This document shows, piece after piece, positions 1 to 9,559 of a stretch of DNA of 64,000 nt. Each line of letters starts with the position of its first letter. The first letter of the stretch is position 1. The DNA is from Eubacteriales bacterium. GTDB lineage: Bacteria > Bacillota > Clostridia > Oscillospirales > CAG-272. The position numbers were made by a program, and so were the translations under genes. Location of the stretch: the NCBI GenBank assembly GCA_045632925.1, contig JAZQXP010000057.1, positions 1,126 through 65,125 of the forward strand. Direction: 5' to 3'. Below the pieces are notes generated by a model. The model saw only the letters and a list, made by a program, of their open reading frames with translations. It searched no databases and had not been told where the DNA came from.

Positions 1-951
1 AGTTCTGCCGCAGGAGCATTTCTTTCTCGAAAGAACGCAGATATCGCGGGTGCGGTAGCGGAGAAGCGGGAAGCCTTCCTTATCAAGGCTTGTGAATACG
101 AGCTCGCCCTTCGAGCCTTCGGGAAGAACCTCGCCAGTTTCGGGGTCGATGATTTCGGCGTAGAAGTGGTCCTCGTTGATATGCATACCCGTCTGAGACT
201 CGCATTCGAATGCTACGCCGGGGCCCGAGGTCTCGGTGAGACCGTAGATATCGTATGCCTTGATGCCGAGCGATTTTTCGATGTCGCGGCGCATCTCCTC
301 TGTCCAGGGCTCTGCACCGAAGATACCCGCCTTGAGGTCGATATCGTCGGGAGTGAGACCCATTTCCTTGAGGGTCTCGCCGATGTATGCGGCATAGGAG
401 GGAGTACAGCAAAGAATGGTTGCGTGGAGGTCGCGCATGAACTGGATCTGACGCTCGGTGTTGCCCGAGGACATCGGAAGAGTCAGGCATCCGACCTTAT
501 GCGAGCCGCCGTTGAGACCGGGACCGCCCGTGAAGAGGCCGTAGCCGTATGCAACCTGGCAAACGTCCTCGTTGGTGCCGCCGACAGCAGTTACCGCACG
601 CGCACAGCAATCCTCCCACATATCGACGTCAGCCTGCGTGTAGAATGCTACGACACGTCTGCCCGTCGTACCCGAGGTGGACTGAATACGGACGCAGTTC
701 TTGAGATCTGTGCCGAGGAGTCCGTAGGGATAAGCGTCGCGGAGATCGGCTTTGGTGAGGAAGGGAAGCTTATGAATATCGTCAATGCTCTTGATGTCGT
801 CGGGGGTGACACCCTTTGCGTCCATCAGGTCACGGTAATATTTTACGTTTTCATAAACGCGCTTTACCTGCTTTACAAGTTTTTCGGACTGAAGCGCCCG
901 CATATCCTCGAGCGCCATGCACTCGAATTCGGGCTGGTAGTATTTCGCCAT
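1..951 (-). CDS. paaK: Phenylacetate-CoA ligase (runs off the left edge of the window)
   Basis: Not in the ORF track because it is truncated by the window edge. Manual translation from ATG at 951 (AAGGAG RBS at 961-966) gives MAKYYQPEFECMALEDMRALQSEKLVKQVKRVYENVKYYRDLMDAKGVTPDDIKSIDDIHKLPFLTKADLRDAYPYGL..., followed by the P-loop-like IQSTSGTTGRR. This is typical of PaaK. Confidence 0.9.
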   Translation of the reverse strand, partial: MAKYYQPEFECMALEDMRALQSEKLVKQVKRVYENVKYYRDLMDAKGVTPDDIKSIDDIHKLPFLTKADLRDAYPYGLLGTDLKNCVRIQSTSGTTGRRVVAFYTQADVDMWEDCCARAVTAVGGTNEDVCQVAYGYGLFTGGPGLNGGSHKVGCLTLPMSSGNTERQIQFMRDLHATILCCTPSYAAYIGETLKEMGLTPDDIDLKAGIFGAEPWTEEMRRDIEKSLGIKAYDIYGLTETSGPGVAFECESQTGMHINEDHFYAEIIDPETGEVLPEGSKGELVFTSLDKEGFPLLRYRTRDICVLSRKKCSCGRT

Positions 952-1231
952 CGGAATGGTCTCCTTGCTATAGAAATTGGTATAATTATACACCTATATG
1001 CGCGATTTGTCAAGAAAAAATGAATAATTATTTATAAAATTGAAAGTTGGGATGAATAAACCGGTTTTACACGAGTCTTTAAAAGAGAACACATGTTACT
1101 GCATCAATGCAAAGATGTAAACAAATTGTTAAATTAATACCCAAAACGTTGACTTTCAAAATACTATTTTGTATAATATATTTAAAGGCAAGTACCGCCT
1201 TTCAAATTATGATGAACGAGGAGAAAAACAA

Positions 1232-2887
1232 ATGAAAAGAAAATCATTGATCACAAAAATTATCGCACTTTGTTTAGCATGTTTCATTTTAGTAACCCCG
1301 CTCACTATTAATGCCGTCGATTACTCAGTTAATGAAGACGGCGCGGTTATGGCGGGATTGCCGCAATCAAACCGTATATATACGATATATACGCAGAATA
1401 ACAAGGTTTTTGATGTCATCAATGGATCAACGGCAAACAATTCCGAAGTTTGGACTTATACTTATTCGGGAGCTATGTGCCAAGAATGGAAATTTATTTT
1501 CGTTTCGATAACATCAGATGGAGAATGGGAATATGCTATTCAGGATACCAAAAGTCAAAAATATTTGACGGTTGTAAATTCATCATCTGCTTCAGGCTCT
1601 GAATTAGTAATTACAGCCAAACCGAGTTCAGGTTATTCGTCTTCGCAACTTTTCAAGGTACAGCAAATCGCAGCAAGTATGAGATATCGTATTCTAACCA
1701 AATATAGTAATTATTCTCTTGCAATAGGATATAATTCATCTGGATATCTGCGACAGCTTTCAACATCTGATGCTACAACACAACTGTATTTGGAAGAATC
1801 AGCCCCGTATCATGGATTACAAGAAGGCTATGTTCATATACAAAAGTATAATACTGTGTATTCATCAGAAGATCAATTTTTAGGTTTGGATGTTGATAAT
1901 AGTGCTTTGGATTATACACAATTCGATAATTCGACGGCATTTGAATGGTATGTAATATATCGCGGAGATGGCTACTATTCTATATCTTCAAATGGATACT
2001 TTTTATCTTCATCAGGAACTTCAGTGGGACATCTTGTTTCGACCACAGGAGATTATTCTGAAAGTGATTGTCTATGGAGGATTATCAATAATGGTACCTA
2101 CTATCAAATTGCTCCCAAAACAGCGGTTTCAGAGAACACAGTTTCAGCCGTTTTGGGAATTGCTAACAACACACCTAAATTAGTAGCAAGCAATACGGGC
2201 GAATGGAGAATAATACGTTCACATTACTATTATAATTATGATATGACTATCTATGCGGCAGAGGACTTTACACATAGCAATGCATATGGTTCGCATGCAG
2301 ATATTTTTCATTATGCTTGCGCATCCTTATATTTAAAAGGACAAGAAAACCAAAAACTGATCTTTACCGTTGATGAGCTCAATACGACAGTGAATGATAT
2401 TGCTACTCTTCTTGACCGAAGCAGATTCTTTTTGTTAAGAGCTCATGGAACTCAGAATTCATTTCTTTTAAATGCGCGAGATGGCAATAAGAATAATATA
2501 GGAAATGCAGTTACTTTCGGTTTATCTCTGTTAGACCCAAACCAAACCGACGTAAATGATTTGAGCAACCTCCATTGTGCTATGTTTATTTCATGTGAGT
2601 CTGCACAGGGAGCGTATAGTAATGGATCGCAATCTAACTTTGTTAAGGCAATAGTTGCGAAAGGTGCACAAAGCGCTATAGGCTTTGATGGTGGGGTTGA
2701 TTGCCAAAAAGCTTCTTCGTTTGCAGATAAGTTTTTTAATTATTACGCAAATCCAAATAATATTGGCATGATGAATGTTTTAGCTCGACAAGCGTTTTTA
2801 GAAGCATTGGAACAAACCGAAGCCTTGTCGGGAGAAGACTATAAACCGTACTTCTGGAACGGAAGTGTTGAGGAAAAGCTTAATTAA
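1232..2887 (+). CDS. Secreted protein with ricin-B/beta-trefoil-like repeats and a C-terminal caspase/gingipain-fold-like domain
   Basis: ATG at 1232 after a GAGGAG RBS, and a signal peptide. Ricin-type motifs (VFDVINGSTANNSEV..MCQEWKF; SQLFKV; FEWYV; LWRII). The C-terminus has RAHG...FISC...AIGF. AT-rich compared with its neighbours. Confidence 0.6.
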   Translation: MKRKSLITKIIALCLACFILVTPLTINAVDYSVNEDGAVMAGLPQSNRIYTIYTQNNKVFDVINGSTANNSEVWTYTYSGAMCQEWKFIFVSITSDGEWEYAIQDTKSQKYLTVVNSSSASGSELVITAKPSSGYSSSQLFKVQQIAASMRYRILTKYSNYSLAIGYNSSGYLRQLSTSDATTQLYLEESAPYHGLQEGYVHIQKYNTVYSSEDQFLGLDVDNSALDYTQFDNSTAFEWYVIYRGDGYYSISSNGYFLSSSGTSVGHLVSTTGDYSESDCLWRIINNGTYYQIAPKTAVSENTVSAVLGIANNTPKLVASNTGEWRIIRSHYYYNYDMTIYAAEDFTHSNAYGSHADIFHYACASLYLKGQENQKLIFTVDELNTTVNDIATLLDRSRFFLLRAHGTQNSFLLNARDGNKNNIGNAVTFGLSLLDPNQTDVNDLSNLHCAMFISCESAQGAYSNGSQSNFVKAIVAKGAQSAIGFDGGVDCQKASSFADKFFNYYANPNNIGMMNVLARQAFLEALEQTEALSGEDYKPYFWNGSVEEKLN

Positions 2888-2961
2888 CAGGTATACTGCG
2901 TGTTTTAACCATCATAATTATTAATCGCATAATTATTAATTGATTTGAAAGGAGATTTGCC

Positions 2962-3858
2962 ATGAAAAAACACCTTATGATATTGTCATTCGCTCTCGCA
3001 CTCATAATGCTATTTGGTGCATGCAACGCATCTCCCGATGTTGAGCCTGATGTTGAAAAATCGGGAAATGAAAGAGATCATCTTGCATATGAGGTATATA
3101 CAGCATACATCGGTGCTTCCGGAGTGGAAGGCACGAGTGGGAGAATCGAGGCTTCAAAAAAACTGTTATATTTAAGCGAAGCAGATATTCCCGCGCCGAC
3201 AAAAAATACGATTTCGATAGAAGTTTTTGGTAAAAGCCGCAATGCAGAATTCAGCAAAACAAAAGTGTGGGCGGTGTTTACTCCTTCTTATATATACAGT
3301 ACATCTGAAGGAGATGAAATAACGGTTGATTCTTCCGGAAAAATCATATCATTTACATCCTCTTCATCTTCCTCGAATATTATAGAATATGTTGATCAAG
3401 ATAAAGCTTTAACTCCCGAAGAATCACATGCAAAAGCTACCGAATATCTTATCAAGCTGTTTGGCAAGAAGATATTATCGCAATATTCTGCCGAGTTGCC
3501 TGATACGTCGATGAGTGTTGTAAGGATTCGTTTCCGTAGAAATAATTTTGATTTCGGATCGTATTCGATAACTGATAAAATAATCATAAAGCTGGATGAG
3601 GAAGGTAATCTGCTTGGTTACGACCTATATAATGTCGGTGCTTATGATAATAAAAAGATCCCTACAGGTTTTAACGACGAGAAAATCAAAGAGATCATTA
3701 ATGCCTCTTTGATAGACAATAAATCAGATATCGAGGTTTCAGACCAAAGAAATCTTGTTATTCTTTCTGACGGAAGAATGGCATGCAATACATGCTTCAG
3801 GCTGATAGACGGCGAGGCTGCAGGCGAATGGGCGAGTGTCTTGATACCTTTGGAATAA
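2962..3858 (+). CDS. Hypothetical lipoprotein
   Basis: AAAGGAG RBS; lipobox LFGAC; AT-rich; co-oriented with the upstream gene. Confidence 0.7.
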   Translation: MKKHLMILSFALALIMLFGACNASPDVEPDVEKSGNERDHLAYEVYTAYIGASGVEGTSGRIEASKKLLYLSEADIPAPTKNTISIEVFGKSRNAEFSKTKVWAVFTPSYIYSTSEGDEITVDSSGKIISFTSSSSSSNIIEYVDQDKALTPEESHAKATEYLIKLFGKKILSQYSAELPDTSMSVVRIRFRRNNFDFGSYSITDKIIIKLDEEGNLLGYDLYNVGAYDNKKIPTGFNDEKIKEIINASLIDNKSDIEVSDQRNLVILSDGRMACNTCFRLIDGEAAGEWASVLIPLE

Positions 3859-3869
3859 TTTAAGGCAAT

Positions 3870-3907
3870 ACCGCACGGTTGGGTGTTTAAAACCGTGCGG
3901 TGTTTTT
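3870..3907 (+). terminator. Intrinsic terminator between convergent genes
   Basis: ACCGCACGGTT...AACCGTGCGGT stem followed by a T-tract. Confidence 0.7.
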
Positions 3908-3908
3908 A

Positions 3909-4394
3909 TCACATGTTCAAAAGATAATTGTCGGCTTCCAATCTTGAGGTAAATATGATTATATTTTTATCTTTATATTTTCGCAGTAACTCGATCACCC
4001 TCGGGCGGCTTTCCTCGTTGTATTTTCTGACGAATTCGATGAATTCGAGGTCGGGCTCGGTCTCGACCCACGGCATGTCCGCACGGGGCTTGCCACGGCG
4101 TTCTTCAACTCCCGCGATGCAGACCTCGACGGGGTAATCGAGGAAGATGACGGTGTCGCAGGCTTCCATACGGAGCTCGAGCGTCGAGCCGTAGTTGCCG
4201 TCGATGATCCATTTGGGCAGAGCAACGGTTTCTCGGAGTGCCGCGCGGAATTCCTCCTTCGGCTTTGTCGTTCGGTCAGGGTTCCAGTACATCATATCGA
4301 GGTAGTGAAGCGGCAGACCCGTCTTTTCCCGCAAAGCGCGGGCAAAAGTGCTTTTGCCGCTTCCGGGACAGCCGATTATCATAATGCGCTTCAT
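3909..4394 (-). CDS. Adenylate kinase-like / topology modulation protein (FlaR-like P-loop NTPase)
   Basis: GCPGSGKST Walker A; LHYLD; WIIDGNY motif typical of this family. Confidence 0.85.
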   Translation of the reverse strand: MKRIMIIGCPGSGKSTFARALREKTGLPLHYLDMMYWNPDRTTKPKEEFRAALRETVALPKWIIDGNYGSTLELRMEACDTVIFLDYPVEVCIAGVEERRGKPRADMPWVETEPDLEFIEFVRKYNEESRPRVIELLRKYKDKNIIIFTSRLEADNYLLNM

Positions 4395-4511
4395 CAGGTC
4401 ACCTCCGTTTTTTTCTTTATTATATCAAAAGGAAGAAAGATTGTCAAGGAAGCCCTTGATTTTTTTGGCTTTTTGTGATATTATTATCCTATAAATTCTA
4501 AGGAGATCGCT

Positions 4512-5288
4512 ATGAACATTCTTCGTGAAAAGATCATAAAGGGTGAGAAGACCTGCGGTACGCTCGTCAGCCTCACCGATCCCGCGCTATGCGAGATAAT
4601 GGGCATCGTTGGATATGACTACATCTGGATAGATATGGAGCACACTTATATGTCGTATAAGGAGGTACTCTGCCACCTGAATGCGGCAAGGTCGGTCGGC
4701 GCGGCATCTGTGGTAAGACTGCCGCAAAACGATCTGACGGTAACAAAAAAGATCCTCGAGATGGGTCCCGAGGGCATCATATTCCCGATGATGCGAACGC
4801 CCGAGGAGGTTCGCGAGATGATCGGTGCAACGCTATATCCGCCCCACGGTACTCGCGGCTTCGGTCCGATGAGAGCTATCCGCTACGGCGAGACCGACTG
4901 CAAGCATTATACCGACGAGGAAAGCTTCGAGCTTTGCCGCTTTATGCAGATCGAGCACGTTGAATGCGTTGAAAATCTTGAGGAAATAGTCAAGATCCCT
5001 TATATCGACGGATTTATCTTCGGTCCGAACGATCTTTCGGGCTCTCTCGGCGAGCTTGGAAACGTTTTCGGCGATAAAACGATGGAGCAGATCCGCCGGG
5101 CGCTCAAGATCGTCAAGGAAAACGGCAAATACGTCGGACTCGCAACGGGTGATCTTCGCCCCGAAACGCTTCGTTTCTGGTCGGAGCTCGGGATAGATAT
5201 GATGACTGTCGGCGCCGATTGGAATTTTGTTTTTGACGCCGCGAAGAACACGAGAAATCTGCTTCAGAAATATCATATGGAGGCGTAA
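4512..5288 (+). CDS. HpcH/HpaI family aldolase
   Basis: GYDYIWIDMEH, YPPHGTRGFG, QIEH and FGPNDLS motifs. Confidence 0.9.
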   Translation: MNILREKIIKGEKTCGTLVSLTDPALCEIMGIVGYDYIWIDMEHTYMSYKEVLCHLNAARSVGAASVVRLPQNDLTVTKKILEMGPEGIIFPMMRTPEEVREMIGATLYPPHGTRGFGPMRAIRYGETDCKHYTDEESFELCRFMQIEHVECVENLEEIVKIPYIDGFIFGPNDLSGSLGELGNVFGDKTMEQIRRALKIVKENGKYVGLATGDLRPETLRFWSELGIDMMTVGADWNFVFDAAKNTRNLLQKYHMEA

Positions 5289-5289
5289 G

Positions 5290-6237
5290 ATGAGGCTCAT
5301 AAAGCAGGAATTTATCTTCGGCGAGCCGCTTCCGACGCCCGAATGCCACGCATCGACCGTTATCGTCGGAGAGGACGGCAGAAGGCTCGCGGCTTGGTTT
5401 GCGGGAACAAAGGAGGCAAATCCCGACGTTCTCATCTTTGTCAGCAGATTTGAGGACGGAAAATGGAGCGATCCGCGCGCCGTTACTCCCGAGGTCGGCG
5501 TTCAGCATTGGAACCCCGTCCTTTTCCAAATGAACGGAGAGGTCGTGCTCTTTTATAAAATGGGCTATCCCATTGCAGATTGGCACACGAGGTATATAAC
5601 GTCGAAGAACTTCGGCGAAACCTGGTCGGAGCCGCGCGAGCTTGTACCGGGCGACGTGAGCGGAGGCAGAGGCCCCGTCAAAAATAAGCCCATACGCATC
5701 TCGAACGGTAATATCCTTGCTCCGGGATCTACGGAGAGAGGACCCTGGCGTTGCTTTGTCGATATTTATGACGGCAAAGAATGGCGTAAGCGCGATATCC
5801 CCGTCACTCTCGAGGGAGCGGAGAAGATCAACGTCATCCAGCCGACTCTTTGGGAAAGCTCGGAGGGAAATATCCACGCGCTTATACGCTCCAATATCGG
5901 CAGAATTTACCGCTCGGATTCAAAGGATCACGGCGAGAGCTGGTCGCCGATATACCCCACCGATATGCCGAACAATAACAGCGGAATAGATTGCGTGAAG
6001 CTCTCCGACGGAAGGATCGTGCTTCTTTGTAATCCCGTAGAAAAGAATTGGGGTCCGAGAACGCCGCTTTCGCTCTATATTTCGGATAATAACGGCGAGA
6101 GCTTTGAAAAAATTCTCGATCTTGAAACCGATGAGGGTGGATTTGCATATCCCTCGGTCGTTGAGTGTGGCGGACGTTTGCATATCGTTTATACCTATAA
6201 CCGCAAAAAGATCGTTTACGCGGAAATTGAAATATAA
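5290..6237 (+). CDS. BNR/Asp-box sialidase-like protein
   Basis: ECHAST, AWFAGTKE, WNPVL, Asp-boxes (SKNFGETW, SKDHGESW, SDNNGESF), NNNSGID, AYPS. ATG at 5290 directly follows the aldolase stop. Confidence 0.85.
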   Translation: MRLIKQEFIFGEPLPTPECHASTVIVGEDGRRLAAWFAGTKEANPDVLIFVSRFEDGKWSDPRAVTPEVGVQHWNPVLFQMNGEVVLFYKMGYPIADWHTRYITSKNFGETWSEPRELVPGDVSGGRGPVKNKPIRISNGNILAPGSTERGPWRCFVDIYDGKEWRKRDIPVTLEGAEKINVIQPTLWESSEGNIHALIRSNIGRIYRSDSKDHGESWSPIYPTDMPNNNSGIDCVKLSDGRIVLLCNPVEKNWGPRTPLSLYISDNNGESFEKILDLETDEGGFAYPSVVECGGRLHIVYTYNRKKIVYAEIEI

Positions 6238-6255
6238 TGAAAAGAGGATCTTATT

Positions 6256-6924
6256 TTGTTTAAAACCGAAGCACATCTGCATACCTATCCCATATCCTCC
6301 TGCGCACAGCTTACTCCCGTCGAGCAGGTCAGACTCTTCAAGGAGGCGGGTTACGATACAATCATCGTTTCCGATCATTTTTCTCCCCACCATTTCAAGA
6401 AGCTCGGCGAGCATCTTACCTTTGCCGAGAAGGTTGATAAGCTCTGCGACGCTTATCTCGAGGCAAAGGCGGAGGGCGACCGCATCGGTCTTACCGTTCT
6501 TTTCTCGGTCGAACTCAGTTTCCATAAGAATCACTATCTGCTTTACGGCGTAACGCGCGAGTTCCTCAAGCTCCGTGAGGATATTTTCGATATCGATATA
6601 GACGAGCTTTACGCTCATCTCAAGGCACACGGCATAACCATCATCCAGGCGCATTCGCACAGAGCGGAGAAATGCGTGCCCCATCCGCATCATGTTGACG
6701 GCTTTGAGCTGAATTTCAATCTGCGTAAGGATAATTATAATGAAAGAACCCTGCAGGTCGCAAAGGATTATGATCTGCCGCTGACGATCGGCTCGGATGC
6801 TCACAGACCCGAGGACGTGGGCGTTTCCGCAACGCTTTCCGAGGAGAAGATCACAAGTGTTGAGCAGTATCTCGAGCTTGTCTTCGAAAGAAAGCTTACC
6901 CTTTCTATCGGAACCGACTATTGA
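6256..6924 (+). CDS. PHP domain protein (phosphoesterase)
   Basis: HLHT..S, SDH, QAH and GSDAH metal-binding motifs. TTG start. Confidence 0.85.
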   Translation: MFKTEAHLHTYPISSCAQLTPVEQVRLFKEAGYDTIIVSDHFSPHHFKKLGEHLTFAEKVDKLCDAYLEAKAEGDRIGLTVLFSVELSFHKNHYLLYGVTREFLKLREDIFDIDIDELYAHLKAHGITIIQAHSHRAEKCVPHPHHVDGFELNFNLRKDNYNERTLQVAKDYDLPLTIGSDAHRPEDVGVSATLSEEKITSVEQYLELVFERKLTLSIGTDY

Positions 6925-6943
6925 TCGCATATTATCAACATAC

Positions 6944-6975
6944 AAAAAGCCGAGGCATTGTACCTCGGCTTTTTT
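6944..6975. terminator. Bidirectional intrinsic terminator
   Basis: AAAAAGCCGAGG-cattgta-CCTCGGCTTTTT. Confidence 0.8.
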
Positions 6976-7138
6976 GATGAAAAAATGCATTTTATCCCCA
7001 AAAACATACGTTTTATCCCAAATTTCGTTTTTGGGCGGATTTTGTGATATAATGATAGTGTGGAAATAGATCATCTTTCTTAATAAAGAAAATTTCCTCG
7101 CTCGCGAGGAGATTTACCTCACTTCTTACCTCTTCACT

Positions 7139-7606
7139 CTAAGAAAGCATACCCTCTTGCTCCTTCGCGTGCCGAGCTTCATCAGCCGCGAGCTTTGAGA
7201 AGAGCGATGCTGCCGCAAGGTCGCCGCAGCGTTCGGCTATTGCGGCGAGTCTGCGGTAGTTTTCCGAGGCGCGCCTTTCGTCCATAATGTTGTTCTTCAG
7301 CGCACGCGTAGCGGCGACGGGCGCGCGGCTGTCGCGATCCTCGCAAAGATTAATCCTGCCCGAGTTGCGGACGGCACTCCGCTCGGCGGGATCGCATCCG
7401 AGTCGGAGGATCAGCTCGCCGAGAGAACGGTGATGGTGCATCTCCTCCATGGCGAGCCGCTCAAAATACTCGGAAAGCTCGGGCAGGGCATCGGCAAAAA
7501 CTATCGATAAGTAAAGATATTCGGAGATCGAATTGAGCTCGCCCGCGCGTGCCCTTGCAGCTTCGTTTGCAAGCGGAATATTTTTCTGATGTGAATTGTT
7601 TGTCAT
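7139..7606 (-). CDS. Ferritin-like / rubrerythrin-type di-metal protein (possibly spore-coat associated)
   Basis: Paired ExxH motifs (EEMHH, DEARH) and GELNSISEYLY. Confidence 0.7.
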   Translation of the reverse strand: MTNNSHQKNIPLANEAARARAGELNSISEYLYLSIVFADALPELSEYFERLAMEEMHHHRSLGELILRLGCDPAERSAVRNSGRINLCEDRDSRAPVAATRALKNNIMDERRASENYRRLAAIAERCGDLAAASLFSKLAADEARHAKEQEGMLS

Positions 7607-7788
7607 CTTTCAGTCCTCACAAATATGTTTTCATCAACAGTTTATGCCCCGCGCGCGGATCGGTTAATCAATTCCGAATAAAATATTAAAAAAACACGAA
7701 AAAGTTTTGAAATTCCTATTGACAATCGCGTGACCGTATGTTATAATTTGAATAGTGAAATTTTAATACCTTGAAAGGATTAAATAAA

Positions 7789-8739
7789 ATGGATATTACC
7801 TCTGTTGCGAGTCTTTCCGCAAATATCACAGAAAACGTGAGCCGCGTTATCTTCGGTAAGAAGCGCGAGATCGAGCTTATTGTCATCTCGCTCCTTGCGG
7901 GCGGACACATTCTCCTCGACGATATCCCCGGAACGGGCAAGACCACGCTCGCGCGTGCGCTTGCGAAGTCGATCTCGGGCGACGTGAAGAGAATTCAATT
8001 CACTCCCGACCTGCTCCCCTCCGACATCACGGGAATCAATTACTTTGACCAAAAGACCTCGGATTTCGTATTTCGTCCGGGTCCCGTTTTCACGAATATC
8101 CTCATTGCCGACGAGATCAACCGTACCACACCGCGAACCCAGTCGGCTCTTCTTGAATGTATGGGAGAGAAGCAGACTACGGTTGACGGCGTGACCTATA
8201 AGCTCGCGGACACCTTCTTCGTTATCGCAACGCAGAACCCGATCGAGTCGCAGGGCACATTCCCGCTTCCCGAGGCGCAGACCGACAGATTTTTCATGAA
8301 GCTCGCGCTCGGATATCCCGACAGAGATAACGAAATGGCAATGATGGACGTCCACGGCTCGGCGTCGCCTCTTGAGTCTCTCGCGCCCGTTTGCACCTGC
8401 GCCGATATCGTTGCGGCGGGTAATGCGGCTAGGGGAGTGACCGTCACCGAGCCCGTCAAGGATTATATCCTCCGAATCGTTGACGCGACGAGAAACAATA
8501 ACCGCATTTCGATGGGCGTCAGCCCTCGTGGAACTCTCGCGCTTCTGAATGCCGCGCGCATCGCCGCCGCAGTTGACGGACGCGACTATTGTATTCCCGA
8601 TGACGTCCGCCGCGTAGCCGTACCCGTCCTCGCGCACAGAATCATCTCTCGCACACAGAGCACCGTCAGAATGTCGGATACAAACGAAAAGCTGATAGAA
8701 TTCGTGCTCGATTCGGTAGAAGCGCCCGTCGGTCGCTGA
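7789..8739 (+). CDS. moxR: MoxR family AAA+ ATPase
   Basis: GHILLDDIPGTGKT, RIQFTPDLLPSDITG, ADEINR, ATQNPIE, FPLPEAQTDRF, SPRG. Start set at ATG 7789. Confidence 0.95.
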   Translation: MDITSVASLSANITENVSRVIFGKKREIELIVISLLAGGHILLDDIPGTGKTTLARALAKSISGDVKRIQFTPDLLPSDITGINYFDQKTSDFVFRPGPVFTNILIADEINRTTPRTQSALLECMGEKQTTVDGVTYKLADTFFVIATQNPIESQGTFPLPEAQTDRFFMKLALGYPDRDNEMAMMDVHGSASPLESLAPVCTCADIVAAGNAARGVTVTEPVKDYILRIVDATRNNNRISMGVSPRGTLALLNAARIAAAVDGRDYCIPDDVRRVAVPVLAHRIISRTQSTVRMSDTNEKLIEFVLDSVEAPVGR

Positions 8740-8834
8740 CGCGACCGAGTTAATGTCACGCAAAGCGTGAGTTAATGTTGCCGACGGCAAGTTAAGATCG
8801 CGCAAAGCGCGAGTTAATGTTCGCCTGCGGCGAA
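8729..8834. repeat. Mini-hairpin array A: 5 variable GC hairpins separated by 4 seven-nt linkers (GTTAATG/GTTAAGA)
   Basis: tcggtcgc-tgac-gcgaccga GTTAATG tcacgc-aaa-gcgtga GTTAATG ttgcc-gac-ggcaa GTTAAGA tcgcgc-aaa-gcgcga GTTAATG ttcgcc-tgc-ggcgaa. The first hairpin contains the moxR stop codon. Confidence 0.9.
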
Positions 8835-8870
8835 GACCAATAGGAATTATTTTATTAGAAATAAAAGGCT

Positions 8871-9030
8871 GAAAGTTTTTGAAGATACTTAAGAAACTTT
8901 TTTCAAAAAGTTTCTTAAGTCGAGCTCCGCAGAGCTCGAAATATCTCTTGCGCTTCGAGCCGACTGCGCCCCGCAGGCGGCTCGGAAGGAGTCAAACATT
9001 CCCTCGCGGGGATGTTTGCGCTCCTTCAAC
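8871..9030 (+). repeat. Structured dispersed repeat R, copy 1
   Basis: GAAAGTTTT...CTTGCGCTTC(stem)GGAAGGAGTCAAAC(stem)GTTTGCGCTCCTTCA. Homologous to 10491-10736 (-), 13631-13776 and 37469-37632. Confidence 0.9.
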
Positions 9031-9052
9031 ATTTGACAGAAAGGAAATTTCC

Positions 9053-9517
9053 ATGGGTATATTATTCGAACTGCTGACCTCTCTGGCATTCAGCATTCAT
9101 GCTTTCAGAGATTACAAATCCTATGAAGACGAGATCAACAGCGCGGCGTTCAACGTTTTCAATGAGAAAACACGAAAAACGATCCTTTTGGCAATAAGCT
9201 TTCTTAACTATGCATTTCTAGCCGTGATCTGCGTTATGGCTTGTATAGAAATAGGCTCGCAGATCGATCTATCCGATGCGGCAAGAGACGTAACGCTTGC
9301 TCAGATCCGATCAAATATTCTGATTTACACAGTTGTTATGCCGTTGCTCTATTTCAAAAGAAAAAAGATCGTCCGCGAGCTTGTCCGCGAATTTGAGCAC
9401 GGCCGTACCGAAACCTATTCCGACGCCGAGCTCTACGCCTACGTCCGCGAGCATATCGTCATAACAAAAAAGGAAATGTCGCGGATGCTGAGGACGATCC
9501 GGAAAGATCCTCGTTGA
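9053..9517 (+). CDS. Hypothetical membrane protein
   Basis: AAGGA RBS then ATG 9053; about 3 hydrophobic segments. The upstream extension in the ORF track is repeat R read-through. Confidence 0.65.
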   Translation: MGILFELLTSLAFSIHAFRDYKSYEDEINSAAFNVFNEKTRKTILLAISFLNYAFLAVICVMACIEIGSQIDLSDAARDVTLAQIRSNILIYTVVMPLLYFKRKKIVRELVREFEHGRTETYSDAELYAYVREHIVITKKEMSRMLRTIRKDPR

Positions 9518-9559
9518 CGAACAAATAAACAATTAATCAAAAAATAAGGTGGTATTGTT

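Noticed and set aside
166-1023. 285-aa plus-strand ORF
   Set aside because: Antisense shadow of the minus-strand paaK gene, which has the RBS and recognisable motifs.
8879-9052. N-terminal extensions of ORFs at 8879 and 10830, and ORFs 10433-10729, 13395-13775, 37506-38177 and 30357-30638
   Set aside because: Read-through of palindromic repeat elements. For the two extended genes, better starts with an RBS lie downstream (9053, 10899).
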